Below, in pieces: positions 47,123-59,392 of a DNA stretch of 64,000 bases. Position 1 is the first letter of the stretch; every line of letters starts with the position of its first letter. The position numbers and the translations under genes were made by a program. Below the pieces are notes generated by a model, which searched no databases, was not told the origin of the DNA, and saw only the letters and a program-made list of their open reading frames with translations. Origin of the DNA: Octopus sinensis (lineage: Eukaryota); the NCBI RefSeq assembly GCF_006345805.1, contig NC_043019.1:4463360-4527359 (forward strand), read 5' to 3'.

Positions 47123-47499
47123 GTTGTTCTCCCAGTCACCATCCACGTGGAGACTGTACCTTTCTGGAAACACCCATTCAATTGGGCTGCTAGTCTTTCA
47201 TGCACTTCATGGCATCTCCTCGGCCAAAAGCCATGAATCACATCTGGTCCAGGGGCTTTCCAGTTAGGCACTTTACCCAATTGTTCATTCACGTCAACCA
47301 TGCTTAAGACAATATTTCTTTGTTTCTTTCTTCCTTGTAATTCCGTCTTGATAGTTCCTATCCACATTGCATCCCTTTTATGCACCACATTGTCTCCCTA
47401 TAAACTGCTCCAGAACTCCTTGGCTTGATCTGCGTCAGGAGCTACATATTCTCCATTGTCTCCTTCTAACGTTCCGAAGAAGAAAAAAGAAAGAGAAAT

Positions 47500-47518
47500 T
47501 ATTATTATCATTATTATC

Positions 47519-47550
<32 letters not shown>

Positions 47551-47558
47551 TATTGTTA

Positions 47559-47590
<32 letters not shown>

Positions 47591-47615
47591 GTTATCATTA
47601 TTATTATTATTGTTA

Positions 47616-47664
<49 letters not shown>

Positions 47665-47801
47665 CATTATTATTATTATCATTATTATTATTATTATTAT
47701 TATTATCATTATTATTATTATTATCATTAATATTATTATTATCATTATTATTATTATTATTATTATCATTATTATTATTATTATTATCATCATCATCATC
47801 A

Positions 47802-47856
<55 letters not shown>

Positions 47857-47945
47857 CATCATCATCATTATTATTATTATTTTTATTATCATCATTATCA
47901 TCATCATCATCATCATCATCATCATTATTATTATAATTATTTTTA
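47500..47945. repeat. ~450-bp (ATT/ATC)n microsatellite
   Basis: Direct reading; source of the poly-I/N/L ORFs. Confidence 0.97.
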
Positions 47946-48445
47946 TCATGTACTGTCATTGCACCACTGAGCGCCGCTCTGTGTGCCTTGGGTATGTGCT
48001 GTGGTTTGTTGTGGTGCTCTTATTTTCACTGTATTCAGTTTCCGTCTACCAAATCCACTCACAAGGTATTGGTTAGCCCGAGGCTATAGCAGAAGACACT
48101 TGCCCAAGATGCCACGCAGTGGGACTGAACCCGGAACCATGTGGTTGGTAACATTTCTCAGACTGATTGTATGTCAATATATTGAGATCCTGAGCATGCC
48201 ATGACTAATTCCAGTCAACTTTCTCATTCCAGTTACATTGACATAACTCTTCTCAAAATCATGGCTGGTTTTTGAGAAGTGGATGTGTGGTATGTAGCTT
48301 GCTAACCAACCACATGGTTCCGGGTTCAGTCCCACTGCGTGGCATCTTGGGCAAGTGTCTCATGCTATAGCCCCGGGCCGACCAATGCCTTGTGAGTGGA
48401 TTTGTTAGACGGAAACTAAAAGAAGCCTGTCGTATATATATATAT

Positions 48446-48986
48446 GTATCTGATCTGCCATTACGCTCCGAGTTCAAATTCCGCCGAGGTTGACTTTGCC
48501 TTTCATCCTTTCAGGGTCAATAAATTAAGTAGCAGTTACGCACTGGGGTCGATGTTATCGACTTAATACCTATGTCTGTCCCCTCTGTGTTTAGCCCCTT
48601 GTGGGTAGTAAAGAAATAGGTATTTTGTTTGCCGTTACGTTCTGAGTTCAAATTCCGCCAAGGTCAACTTTGCCTTTCATCCTTCCGGAGTCGATAAATT
48701 AAGTACCAGTTACACACTGGGGTTGATGTAATTGAGTTAATCCCGTTGTTTGTCTTTGTCTGTTCCCTCTGTGTTTAGCCCCTTGTGGGTAGTAAAGAAA
48801 TAGGTATCTCATCTGCCATTACGCTCCGAGTTCAAATTCCGCCGAGGTTGACTTTGCCTTTCATCCTTTCAGGGTCAATAAATTAAGTAGCAGTTACGCA
48901 CTGGGGTCGATGTAATCGACTTAATCCGTTTGTCTGTCCTTGTTTGTCCCCTCTGTGTTTAGCCCCTTGTGGGTAATAAAGAAATA
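48446..48986 (+). mobile_element. Headless S1 trimer joined to an S2 5' half (48277-48445)
   Basis: Junctions GAAATA|GGTAT at ~48618 and ~48801. Confidence 0.85.
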
Positions 48987-49029
48987 TATATATTATTAGC
49001 ATAATCCTGCATTTGAGAATTTAAATTCA

Positions 49030-49430
49030 CTTCTTTAACATTCTGTCTCCTGTTTCAAATTTTGGTACTTATTCACTTTGTCCTTCTCTTTCGTTACCAT
49101 GCAGCTATTTCCTGTCACAATGATATCAATAAATCAGCAATATCCTTCTTCTTTCTCAGTGAGGATCAAATCAGGTCACATTGCTCATTGAAATCCCATA
49201 GCAATTTCACCATATCATTTTCCATTACAGCAGGTAGCTGTTGTGTTTATACCACTTGTCAGCTCATTCTCAGTTATATATCCTACATAAAACCCAATGT
49301 ACGATTCAAGCAACATTGTCATGCAATCTTTTGTACTTCCTCTGTGACAAGGAGCTACATTCACAAACAATGTGGTTTGTGGTTTCTCCAAACTTCCCAC
49401 AATTCTGCAAAACAGCAATTTGATTGTTTT
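49030..49430 (-). mobile_element. Old Dong/R4 remnant (CCHC knuckle and REL endonuclease)
   Basis: CGKFGETTNHIVCECSSLSQRKYKRLHDNVA*IVHWVLC..PDLILTEK..FIDII..NKYQNLKQE, with stops and frameshifts. Confidence 0.75.
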
Positions 49431-49449
49431 CTCAATGTGAAATTTTACA

Positions 49450-49937
49450 TAGGCGCAGGAGTGGCTGTGTGGTAAGTACCTTGCTTACGAACCACATGGT
49501 TCCGGGTTCAGTCCCACTGCGTGGCACCTTGGGCAAGTGTCTTCTACTATAGCCTCAGGCCGACCAAAGCCTTGTGAGTGGATTTGGTAGAGGGAAACTG
49601 AAAGAAGCTCGTCGTATATCCTGGTGTAGCCTTCTGGCTTCCCAGACCCCAGTTGAATCGTCCAACCCATGCTAGCATAGAAAGCGGATGCTAAACGATG
49701 ATGATGATGATGATGATAATGATGTGTGTTTGTGTGTCTGTGTTTGTCCCCCCAACATCGCTTGACAACCGATGCTGGTGTGTTTACGTCCCCGTAACTT
49801 AGCGGTTCGGCAAAAGAGACCGATAGAATAAGTACTAGGCCTACAAAGAATAAGTCCTGGGGTCGATTTGCTCGACTAAAGGCGGTGCTCCAGCATGGCC
49901 ACAGTCAAATGACTGAAACATAAAGAGTAAAAGAGAG
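49450..49937 (+). mobile_element. S2 SINE interrupted by an S3 3' end (49620-49722)
   Basis: The S2 halves flank an S3 tail with (GAT)n. Confidence 0.85.
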
Positions 49938-49989
49938 TTAGTTCTTAATGTTTGCTCTTGAGCAGCACAAATAAGAGCTATTATTATTG

Positions 49990-50026
<37 letters not shown>

Positions 50027-50027
<1 letters not shown>

Positions 50028-50310
50028 TACTTTTAATTTGCATGTTTGTTACAATCACTTGCAAAGACACACCCAGTGTCCTAGGGTGAGTGAAGGATAA
50101 GACTGAAAGCTTGGAGAGGGGAGAGTGGCAGGGGCAGTAACAAAACATTCTTCATGTAATACAACACAAACATTTAAATGGATAAGGTTTTTCTAAGGAT
50201 CTGGGCAGTACTTGTCAGCACAACCTTTTGGATTTCTCTGAAACATGGTTCTCCTGGGATCTTATCTAGAGGTTTCTGACACCCCTTTTTTTATCATACC
50301 TAGGACACCT
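50027..50310 (-). mobile_element. Dong/R4 extreme 3' end abutting (ATT)n
   Basis: GVLGMIKK/..DKIPGEPCFREIQKVVLTSTAQILRKTLSI* (stop 50174-50176), then a 3' UTR and (AAT)n. Confidence 0.8.
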
Positions 50311-50483
50311 ACCCTAACTTTAAGATGCCACATATTTTGTATTTTTTAATTTCAAAGTCCTTATATTTACTTAATTTGTCAAATTCCTTTACAGATATAT
50401 TTTTATCAGTGGGAACACTTACATCTATTAGTCTACAAGTATTTTCTTCCCTGTCTTCAATTATTATTATTATTATTATTATT

Positions 50484-50855
50484 GCTAGAAAATTCTTCTG
50501 GTTGAGTAGCCGATCTCGCTCGAAAGGTCCCCGAATGAGGATTGTTTAAGGGCATTGAACAAACCACCCATGTTTCCAAAGGTGAATTATCCAAACCTTC
50601 AAGAATTCCTTTCAACACACAGCTATGATGCTCCCCAACTACTTCTACTCATGATCAGAGGTGCACATATCGTCAGCCACTAAGGGACATGCTCAACTGG
50701 TTAGGTCAAACAACTGACAAGCAAATCTGTGGTATTGAGCAGAATATTTGCTGTAGCCCATCTTTTATACCAAGACAAAACAACGTACATGATAACACTT
50801 CCAATCAGTTAAGATCAGGAGCCATGAGAGCCACTGCCTGGTACTGCATCAGGGC
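50484..50855. mobile_element. (ATT)n-associated element, other half with extended right end
   Basis: Matches the array unit from TTCTTC onward and continues ~95 bp to CATCAGGGC; (ATT)n-rich on both sides. Confidence 0.8.
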
Positions 50856-50924
50856 ATTTATTATTATATATCATCATCATCATCATTATTATTATCGTCA
50901 TTATTTACAACAAGAAACCTGAAA

Positions 50925-51192
50925 CCTTTTGCCAAACTGCTAAGTTACAGGTACGTAAACACACCAGCATCACAAACATATACACACAAACATATACACA
51001 CACATACATATATGTCTATACATATATACGACAGGCTTCTTTCAGTTTCCGTCTACCAAATCCACTCACAAGGCTTTGGTCGGCCCGAGGCTATAGTAGA
51101 AGACACTTGTCCAAGGTGCCATACATTGGGACTGAATCCGGAACCATGTGGTTGGTAAGCAAGCTACTTACCACACAGCCACTCCTACGCCT
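50925..51192 (-). mobile_element. S2 SINE, internally deleted
   Basis: Reverse-complement match. Confidence 0.8.
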
Positions 51193-51299
51193 ATCATCAT
51201 CATCATCATCATCATAATTTACAGCATGGACCTCCTACTTCCAACAAGAAACCTGAAACCTTTCACTTGTGTAGACTGCACAATATCTGCAGTATAAAA

Positions 51300-51605
51300 T
51301 AGCAGGGTAAGACATCAAATGTCAAAATTTAAGAAAAATTCAATATCTCCACTATCGAGAGCATACTGTTGAGAATTTAGTGCAGTTGAACAGGACATGT
51401 TGTTTGAATGAAAGATGATCGCATTCCAAAAATTCTTTTTGTTTGACCAATAAGTTAGGGGGATTTCGCAGTAAAAGAAAACCAATTCGTTGGCGTCAGT
51501 ACCAGTTGAAACAACCACTAAAATCTTTGCAGCTTAATTTATCACCCTGGAAAATTTATTGTCTAGGTCGATCTGATTGGCTTAAAATGTGTCATGATGC
51601 ATCTG
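51300..51605 (+). mobile_element. Decayed RTE C-terminal remnant
   Basis: TGHVV*MKDDRIPKILF..RSKRKPIRW..LGRSDWLKMCH. Confidence 0.6.
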
Positions 51606-51612
51606 GGTTTAA

Positions 51613-52222
51613 CCCTTTAGTGTTTGCATTATTCTGCCAAAATTAATCCTTTTTTTATCCACATTGTTTTGAACTAATCATTCATTAATCTTGTAGCTAT
51701 GAGATTTTGATGAGGTAGCTGTTAATTTTTAAAACAATATTGTAGGGTTAGTGCGAGAGACCAGATCTGGCCAGTTTGAACATAAAACAGGCAGATAATT
51801 TTTTATAGGCGCAAGAGTGGCTGTGTGGTAAGTAGCTTGTTTACCAACCACATGGTTCTGGGTTCAGTCCCACTGCGTGGCATCTTGGGCAAGTGTCTTC
51901 TGCTATAGCCCCGGGCCGACCAATGCCTTGTGAGTGGATTTGGTAGACGGAAACTGAAAGAAGCCTCTCGTATATATATATATGTATGTGTTTGTGTGTC
52001 TGTGTTTGTCCCCCTAGCATTGCTTGACAACCGATGCTGGTGTGTTTACGTCCCCACCACTTAGCGGTTCGGCAAAAAGAGACCGATAGAATAAGTACTG
52101 GGCTTACAAAGATTTGCTCGACTAAAGACGGTGCTCCAGCATGGCCGCAGTCAAATGACTGAAACAAGTAAAAGAGAAAAGTGAAAGAGAGAATACTTTT
52201 GGCCGGTTTAAATGCTAAAGGG
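51613..52222. mobile_element. piggyBac-like MITE (second family) containing an S2 SINE (51806-52182)
   Basis: TTAA at 51609-51612 and 52223-52226; TIR CCCTTTAGYRTTT. Confidence 0.8.
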
Positions 52223-52411
52223 TTAAGAAAGGGAACAATAAAATTCATAGACTGCAATCAACAGACACATTTATCCAATCCCTGGCAAAAACAGGATCAT
52301 CCTTGTCCTTATTATAACTTCTTAAAAACAAATCCCTCCCAGGATTCAAATTACATTCACACATCCATCACAAGTAGATACAGCTTTTATTTTTAATCCT
52401 TTATTTAGCTA

Positions 52412-52550
52412 CTAGCACTATGACCCGGCAACACCGGGTCATAGTGCTAATGCATGCATGCGCACATACATGCGAGTACTGTCCAAATCTCCGACTAATC
52501 GCATACAGCTAGCTGGCATTCAATTGGACACACACACAGACATTTTGCCG
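52412..52550 (-). mobile_element. Internally deleted Helitron fused to an S2 3' part (52550-52820)
   Basis: CTAG end at 52412-52415 with a perfect 16-bp hairpin; body matches 62587-62939. Confidence 0.75.
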
Positions 52551-53233
52551 GAAACTGAAAGAAGCCCGTTGTATATATGTATATATATATATATGTGTGT
52601 GTGTATGTGTTTGTGTGTATGTGTTAGTGTCCCCAACATTGCTTGACAACCGATGCTGGTGTGTTTACATCCCCGTAACTTAGCGGTTCGGCAAAAGAGA
52701 CCGATAGAATAAGTACTGGGCTTACAAAGATTAAACCCTGGGGTCGATTTGCTCAACTAAAAGGTGGTGCTCCAGCATGGCCGCAGTCAAATGACTGAAA
52801 CAAGTAAAAGAGTAAAGAATAAAGAGTATTTATCCCTGTTGTCTATAAACTCATATGCTGTGGGATTTACATTGCTGCATGGTGGTCACTTGAGATATGA
52901 TAATTGTTTTAACTGCAGGTGGGGGTATTATGTTCCGTTTATGATGTGTGGTACCTGCAATATCATTGGCTGGTAACTGTATGACGTATAACGTGTGTGA
53001 AGTATTGGTGGTGGTGGTGGGGTAGATGTACTATAGTATCAAGTGTTGATTATGTAAGATTACATTGTTGTTGATATTGTTATTCAACTGTAATTGAACA
53101 GATCATGAGCTAAACATTCCACCTACCTGGGTTTTTTTATTCAAGCACTATTCAATGTGACCTACATTCTTTTAAGAAAGCAAGAGGTGATATATTATTA
53201 TTATTATATTATTATTATTATTATTATTATTAC

Positions 53234-53691
53234 TGAGTGAGAGAGCAGTGCATGCCATCAAAGTGACACTGGAGTAAAATATACGAAGCCCAATATACCC
53301 ATCATGACTACCCGTCTGATAAAGGTTCACCAGGCACATGCATCACAACCATATGTGTGCGACATGGTGATCTCATATCAAGATAAACAGCACATGACCT
53401 TGCAGGTGGGGCCCAGTTAGAACATTCTTCAGGTTGAGTAGCCCATCCCGCTCAAAAGGTCCCTGAATAAGGGTTGTTTAAGGATGTTGAAAGAACCACC
53501 CATGTTTCCAGAGGTGAATTATTCAAACCCCAAAGAATCCCTCTCAACACATGGCTATGATGCTCCCCCACTACTTCTGCTCGTGATCAGAGATGCACAT
53601 ATCGTCAGCCACCAAGGGACATGCTCAACTGGTTAAGGTCAAACAACTGACAAGCAAATCTGTGGTATTGAGCAGAATATTTGCTGTAGCC

Positions 53692-53731
<40 letters not shown>

Positions 53732-54188
53732 GAGTGAGAGAGTAGTGCATGCCATCAAAGTGACACTGGGGTAAAATATACGAAGCCCAATATACCCATC
53801 ATGACTATCCGTTTGATAAAGGTTCACCAGGCACATGCATCACAACCATATGTGCGCGACATGGTGATCTCATATCAAGATAAACAGCACATGACCTTGC
53901 AGGTGGGGCCCAGTTAGAATTTTCTTCAGGTTGAGTAGCCCATCCCGCTCAAAAGGTCCCTGAATAAGGGTTGTTTAAGGATGTTGAAAGAACCACCCAT
54001 GTTTCCAGAGGTGAATTATTCAAACCCCAAAGAATCCCTCTCAACACATGGCTATGATGCTCCCCCACTACTTCTGCTCGTGATCAGAGATGCACATATC
54101 GTCAGCCACTAAGGGACATGCTCAACTGGTTAAGGTCAAACAACTGACAAGCAAATCTGTGGTATTGAGCAGAATATTTGCTGTAGCC

Positions 54189-54228
<40 letters not shown>

Positions 54229-54974
54229 GAGTGAGAGAGTAGTGCATGCCATCAAAGTGACACTGGGGTAAAATATACGAAGCCCATATACCCATCATGA
54301 CTATCCGTTTGATAAAGGTTCACCAGGCACATGCATCACAACCATATGTGCGCGACATGGTGATCTCATATCAAGATAAACAGCACATGACCTTGCAGGT
54401 GGGGCCCAGTTAGAATTTTCTTCAGGTTGAGTAGCCCATCCCGCTCAAAAGGTCCCTGAATAAGGGTTGTTGAAAGAACCACCCATGTTTCCAGAGGTGA
54501 ATTATCCAAACCCCAAAGAATCCCTCTCAACACATGGCTATGATGCTCCCCCACTACTTCTGCTCGTGGTCAGAGATGCACATATCGTCAGCCACTAAGG
54601 GACATGCTCAACTGGTTAAGGTGAAACAACTGACAAGCAAATCTGTGGTATTGAGCAGAATATTTGCTGTAGCCCATTATTATTATTATTACTATTATTA
54701 TTATTATTACTATTATTATTATTGAGTGAGAGAGCAGTTCATGCCATCAAAGTGACACTGGGGTAAAATATACGAAGCCCAATATACCCATCATGACTAT
54801 CCGTTTGATAAAGGTTCACCAGGCACATGCATCACAACCATATGTGCGCGACATGGTGATCTCATATCAAGATAAACAGCACATGACCTTGCAGGTGGGG
54901 CCCAGTTAGAATTTTCTTCAGGTTGAGTAGCCCATCCCGCTCAAAAGGTCCCTGAATAAGGGTTGTTTAAGGAT
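53234..54974. repeat. Array of the ~460-bp element: 3 full units + 1 partial, separated by (ATT)n
   Basis: Units 53234-53692, 53731-54189, 54228-54675, 54723-54974. Confidence 0.95.
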
Positions 54975-54994
54975 ATTATTATTATTATTATTAC

Positions 54995-55025
<31 letters not shown>

Positions 55026-55026
<1 letters not shown>

Positions 55027-56572
55027 TATGTTTGACTTTTGCTTTATGTCTGTACAAGTTGGCTCCAAGTCTCACCCAGAGACCTCAAGAGACAACAGGT
55101 TGGAAGTTCATGTTGTTGTTATGCCTAATGTGCCATATATTTGGTAATTTTTGGTGTTGTTCTAGTGAATATCTAATACATTAAAAAAAAATTTTTTTTT
55201 TTAAAGTTTGTTTTAAACCTTGGGATTACATAGAGAGTATTTTGCGTAGGATATGAGCAGTTCCCATGAGCACTATCTTTTGAATTTCTGCCATTTTGGG
55301 GTTTCCTGGTATCTGAGTTAGGTAACAATCAGTCCCTTTCGCTATCATTCCCAGGGCACCTATGACAACAGGTATTGTTTTAGTCTTCAGGTTCCACATT
55401 TTGCTGATTTCTATTTCAAGATCTTTATATTTGCTCAGTTTTTGGTAGGTCTTGACAGATACGTTTATATCGATTGGGACAGTCATATCAATGAGGAGGC
55501 ATGTTCTTTGTCTGAAGTCTTTCAATATGATGTCTGGCCTATTTGCATCTATCTTTCTGTCAGTTTGAATGGTGAAGTTCCAGAGGAGTGAGATGTGGTC
55601 ATTTTCAAGCACTGGAGGTGGATTGTGTTCCCACCAGTTTTTTTCATGGGGCAAATCCAGGTTTTTGCAAATTACCCAGTGAATATATTGTGCAGCTCTA
55701 TCATGCCTGTTGAGGTACTCTGTAGGCGCTAGAAGACTGCATTTGGAGACAACATGATCAATGGTTTTATTTTGTTGTTGGCATACACGACATGTTGGGC
55801 TACTGCCATTCTTTAATATGTTGGCCTGGTAGTTTCTTGTTGGTAGGCATTGATCTTGAGCGGCTATGATAAACCCCTCTGTTTCAGATTTTAAGCCAGA
55901 GGCCATTAGCCATTGATGGGTCAGGGCTTTGTCAATATCTGCATTATTTGCTCTCTTTGGGTATTTGCCATAGAGAGGTTTTTCTTGCCATTTATTATTC
56001 AGAATATCTAAGGCCGCAGTTTTGGCACGGGTTTTCATGCGCCTAGCTTTTTCTGTGCTTGTTTCTTGTATGTCTATCTCTAATTCCGAAATTGGTTGTA
56101 TTCGGAATTCACTTAGATATTCCTTTGCCTGTTTTGTTACTGAGTATGATGCTTTCTTGTTTTCATGTTTTGAGACAAGTTTTAACATCCTGTCCTCAGA
56201 CTTTTTCAGGTAGGTGTCTAGGCCAATTGTAACAATCTTCATTGTTATTGTCAGTTGGAAAAGACCACAGCCTCCCTCTTTTCTTGGCAGATAAAGTCGT
56301 TCTGTATCTGCCTTAGGGTGGTGCATTCTATGCATTGTCAACAGTTTTCTTATTTTTCTGTCGAGCTGACATATTTCAGTAACTAACCAGTTAACGATAT
56401 TGAAACTGTAAGTCATGACTGGTATGGCCAATGCATTGATCGCTTCGATCCTGTTTCTTGCATTCAGCTCTGTCTTGAGTATTGCTCTCACTCTTCGATA
56501 GCATCCTCTCCTGATCCTTTCCTTCATCTCTGAATGCCTTATTCCGTTCCCTTCAATTACCTTCAATTACCA
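55026..56572 (-). mobile_element. 5'-truncated Dong/R4-clade LINE; open 446-aa C-terminal ORF (55226-56566)
   Basis: LDRKIRKLLT.H.MHHPKAD.ERLYLPRKEGG; AAQDQ; CRVC..TIDHVVSKC; RPDI..D..K..KY..L REL motif; IPVVIGALG; (ATT)n on both sides. Confidence 0.95.
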
Positions 56573-56687
56573 ATTATTATTATTATTATTACTATTACTA
56601 TTATTATTATTATTATTATTGTTAAGGCGGTGCAAAGTTGTTAGTCAGAAAGAAGATAAAACTCTCTTTCAGTCTGGTAAATGACCC

Positions 56688-57080
56688 TTTACTCTTTTAC
56701 TTGTTTCAGTCATTTGACTGCGGCCATGTTGGAGCACCGCCTTTAATCGAGCAACTCGACCCCGGGACTTATTCTTTGTAAGCCCAGTACTTATTCTATC
56801 AGTCTCTTTTGCCGAACTACTAAGTGACGGGGACGTAAACACACCAGCATCGGTTGTCAAGCAATGCTAGGGGGACAAACACAGACATATACGCACACAT
56901 ATATATACATACATATATACGACGGGCTTCTTTCAGTTTCCGTCTACCAAATCCACTCACAAGGCTTTGGTCGGCCCGAGGCTATAGTAGAAGACACTTG
57001 CCCAAGGTGCCACGCAGTGGGACTGAACCCGGAACCATGTGGTTGGTAAACAAGCTACTTACCACACAGCCACTCCTGCT
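56688..57080 (-). mobile_element. S2 SINE, full length
   Basis: Reverse-complement match. Confidence 0.9.
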
Positions 57081-58215
57081 CAATATGTAGGAAAGGTGTT
57101 GGAAGAAATTGCATTCACTGCATCCTGTGTAAACTATGGACACTTAAGAGGTGTAGTGGAATCACAGGTAGATTAACAGGTAATGTAGTCTTTGTATGTG
57201 ACAGATGTTCTGGAACAATGAGCACTAAGTAACAGGGGACTTAGATTCTCTCAAATGTGCAGGAGGCTCGCTTGAGGTTGTTGATAGTTTTGTGTTACCT
57301 AGGTGACCAAATTAGCGATGGTGGAGGATGCTCTGAAAGTATTGTTTCTAGAATAAGAATAGGGCGGTGGAAGTCCAGAGAGCTGTTACCTCTGTTGGCA
57401 ACAGGACTCTCTCTCGCTCAGAGTGAAAGATAGACTGTATGATGCTTGTGCTGGTGAGCTGGCAGAAACATTAGCACGCCAAGCGAAATGCTTAGCGGGA
57501 TTTCATCTGCTGTTACGTTCTGAGTTCAAATTCCGGCGAGGTCGACTTTGCCTTTCATCCTTTCGGGGTCGATTAAATAAGTACCAGTTACACACTGGGG
57601 TCGATATAATCGACTTAATCCGTTTGTCTGTCCTTGTTTGTCCTCTCTGTGTTTAGCCCCTTGTGGGTAGTAAAGAAATAGGTATTTCATCTGCCGCTAC
57701 GTTCTGAGTTCAAATTCTGGCAAGGTCGACTTTGCCTTTCATCCTTTCGGGGTCGATTAAATAAGTACCAGTTACGCACTGGGGTCGATATAATCGACTT
57801 AATCCGTTTGTCTGTCCTTGTTTGTCCTCTCTGTGTTTAGCCCCTTGTGGGTAGTAAAGAAATAGGTATTTCATCTGCCGCTACGTTCTGAGTTCAAATT
57901 CCGCCGAGGTCGACTTTGCCTTTCATCCTTTCGGGGTCGATTAAATAAGTACCAGTTACGCACTGGTGTCGATATTATCAACTTAATCCGTTTGTCTGTC
58001 CTTGTTTGTCCTCTCTGTGTTTAGCCCCTTGTGGGTAGTAAAGAAATATGTATGATGCTTGTGTGTGAACGGCTATACCCAGTAGTGAGACATGGGGCCT
58101 GAATGCAGAAGACATGTAGACTGGAGAGAAACGAAAGTAGTATGCTCTGTTGGATGTGCAACACCAGTGCGCATATACAACAAAGTGCAAATGTATTGAG
58201 AAAAAAGTTGAGCAC
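57077..58215 (+). mobile_element. RTE LINE remnant with a Cys-rich insert in RT, split by the S1 trimer
   Basis: CSICRKGVGRNCIHCILCKLWTLKRCSG..FVCDRC..YLGDQI..RELLPLL..LYDACV; same family as 31620. Confidence 0.85.
57451..58048 (+). mobile_element. S1 SINE trimer within one 15-bp TSD
   Basis: TGTATGATGCTTGTG at 57436-57450 and 58049-58063; units end ~57678, ~57863, 58048. Confidence 0.92.
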
Positions 58216-58384
58216 ATTATTCTCTTTCATTTGTATGCATTGATTCATATCTAGTTCATTGATTCCTTAGAATTTGTATGTCTGGCTTTGGTCTAATTCT
58301 CTTATTTCATTTGCTTTATCTAGTGTGATGTTGCTATTCTTAACCAGTTTTCCTTTTATTCTAAAAGGTTGTCTTGGTACATTA

Positions 58385-58790
58385 CTCTTTACTTGTTTCA
58401 GTCATTTTGTCTGCGGCCATGCTGGAGCACCGCCTTCAGTCGAGCAATTCAACCCCGGGACTTATTCTTTTGTAAGCCCAGTACTTATTCTATCGGTCTC
58501 TTTTGCCGAACTGCTAAGTGATGGGGACATAAACACACCAGCATCGGTTGTCAAGCAATGCTAGGGGGGACAAACACAGACACACAAATACACACATGCA
58601 TATATATATATATATATATACATATATACGACAAGCTTCTTTCAGTTTCCATCTACCAAATCCACTCACAAGGCTTTGGTTGGCCCGAGGCTACAGTAGA
58701 AGACACTTGCCCAAGGTGCCACGCAGTGGGACTGAACCCGGAACCATGTGGTTGGTAAACAAGCTACTTACCACACAGCCACTCCTGTGC
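58385..58790 (-). mobile_element. S2 SINE, full length
   Basis: Reverse-complement match. Confidence 0.9.
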
Positions 58791-58831
58791 CTATTATTAT
58801 TATTATTGTTATTATTATTATTGACATTGTG

Positions 58832-59150
58832 TGGGTGCATGGCCTAGTGGTTAGAGTGTTGCACTCACAATCTAGCAATTGTGATTTCAATTCTTAGACC
58901 GGGTGGTGCATTGTATTCTTGAGAAAAACCCTTCATCACATGTTGCTCCGCGATCACTTTGGTACTTCATGCGTGGTACACTGTGCACCTGTTCAGTGTA
59001 CCTCGATTTGATGGCAAGATTGAGCTAATGGGTGGCATGAGCATTTGATCACTATAAACAAATCACTTGTGCATGTTGTTTGGCAAAAGCTGAACGCTCA
59101 TGCATCATCTTTGATGGGTGAGCCCTTCATCATGAGCCCTTCATCATCAT
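58832..59150 (+). mobile_element. Diverged tRNA-derived SINE with (CAT)n tail; an S3 3' end follows at 59225-59388
   Basis: GGGTGCATGGCCTAGTGGTTAGAG head; TTCTTGAGAAAAAC core remnant. Confidence 0.6.
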
Positions 59151-59361
59151 CATCGACATCATGTGTGGAACCCATGCTTCAAACATAGCTGGTGAATTTT
59201 CTCTAAATTTGCTTTTTCTTTGGTCATTGGCATTAGGAAGGGCATCCAGCTGTAGAAACTCTGCCAGATCAAGAATTGGGAACCTGGTGCGGGCCGTCAG
59301 GTTCACCAGCCCTCAGTCAAAATCATCCAACCCATGCTAGCATGGAAAGCGGACGTTAAAC

Positions 59362-59392
<31 letters not shown>

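Larger units (their letters stand above)
45846..47480 (-). mobile_element. Dong/R4-clade LINE fragment (RT N-terminal half) with three nested insertions
   Basis: KEFWSSL..PNWKAPGPDVIHGFW..GRTTLIMKD..EQKGCRK..TKDHLVIDK..AWIDFKKAYDMMPHSWI..KGIFQGDLFSQLLFVIAL..NHL. Confidence 0.9.

Noticed and set aside
47367-48076. Poly-Ile/Asn/Leu ORFs
   Set aside because: (ATT/ATC)n microsatellite.
55226-56566. 446-aa ORF as a host gene or active element
   Set aside because: It is the 5'-truncated C-terminal part of a Dong/R4 LINE and lacks the RT catalytic core.
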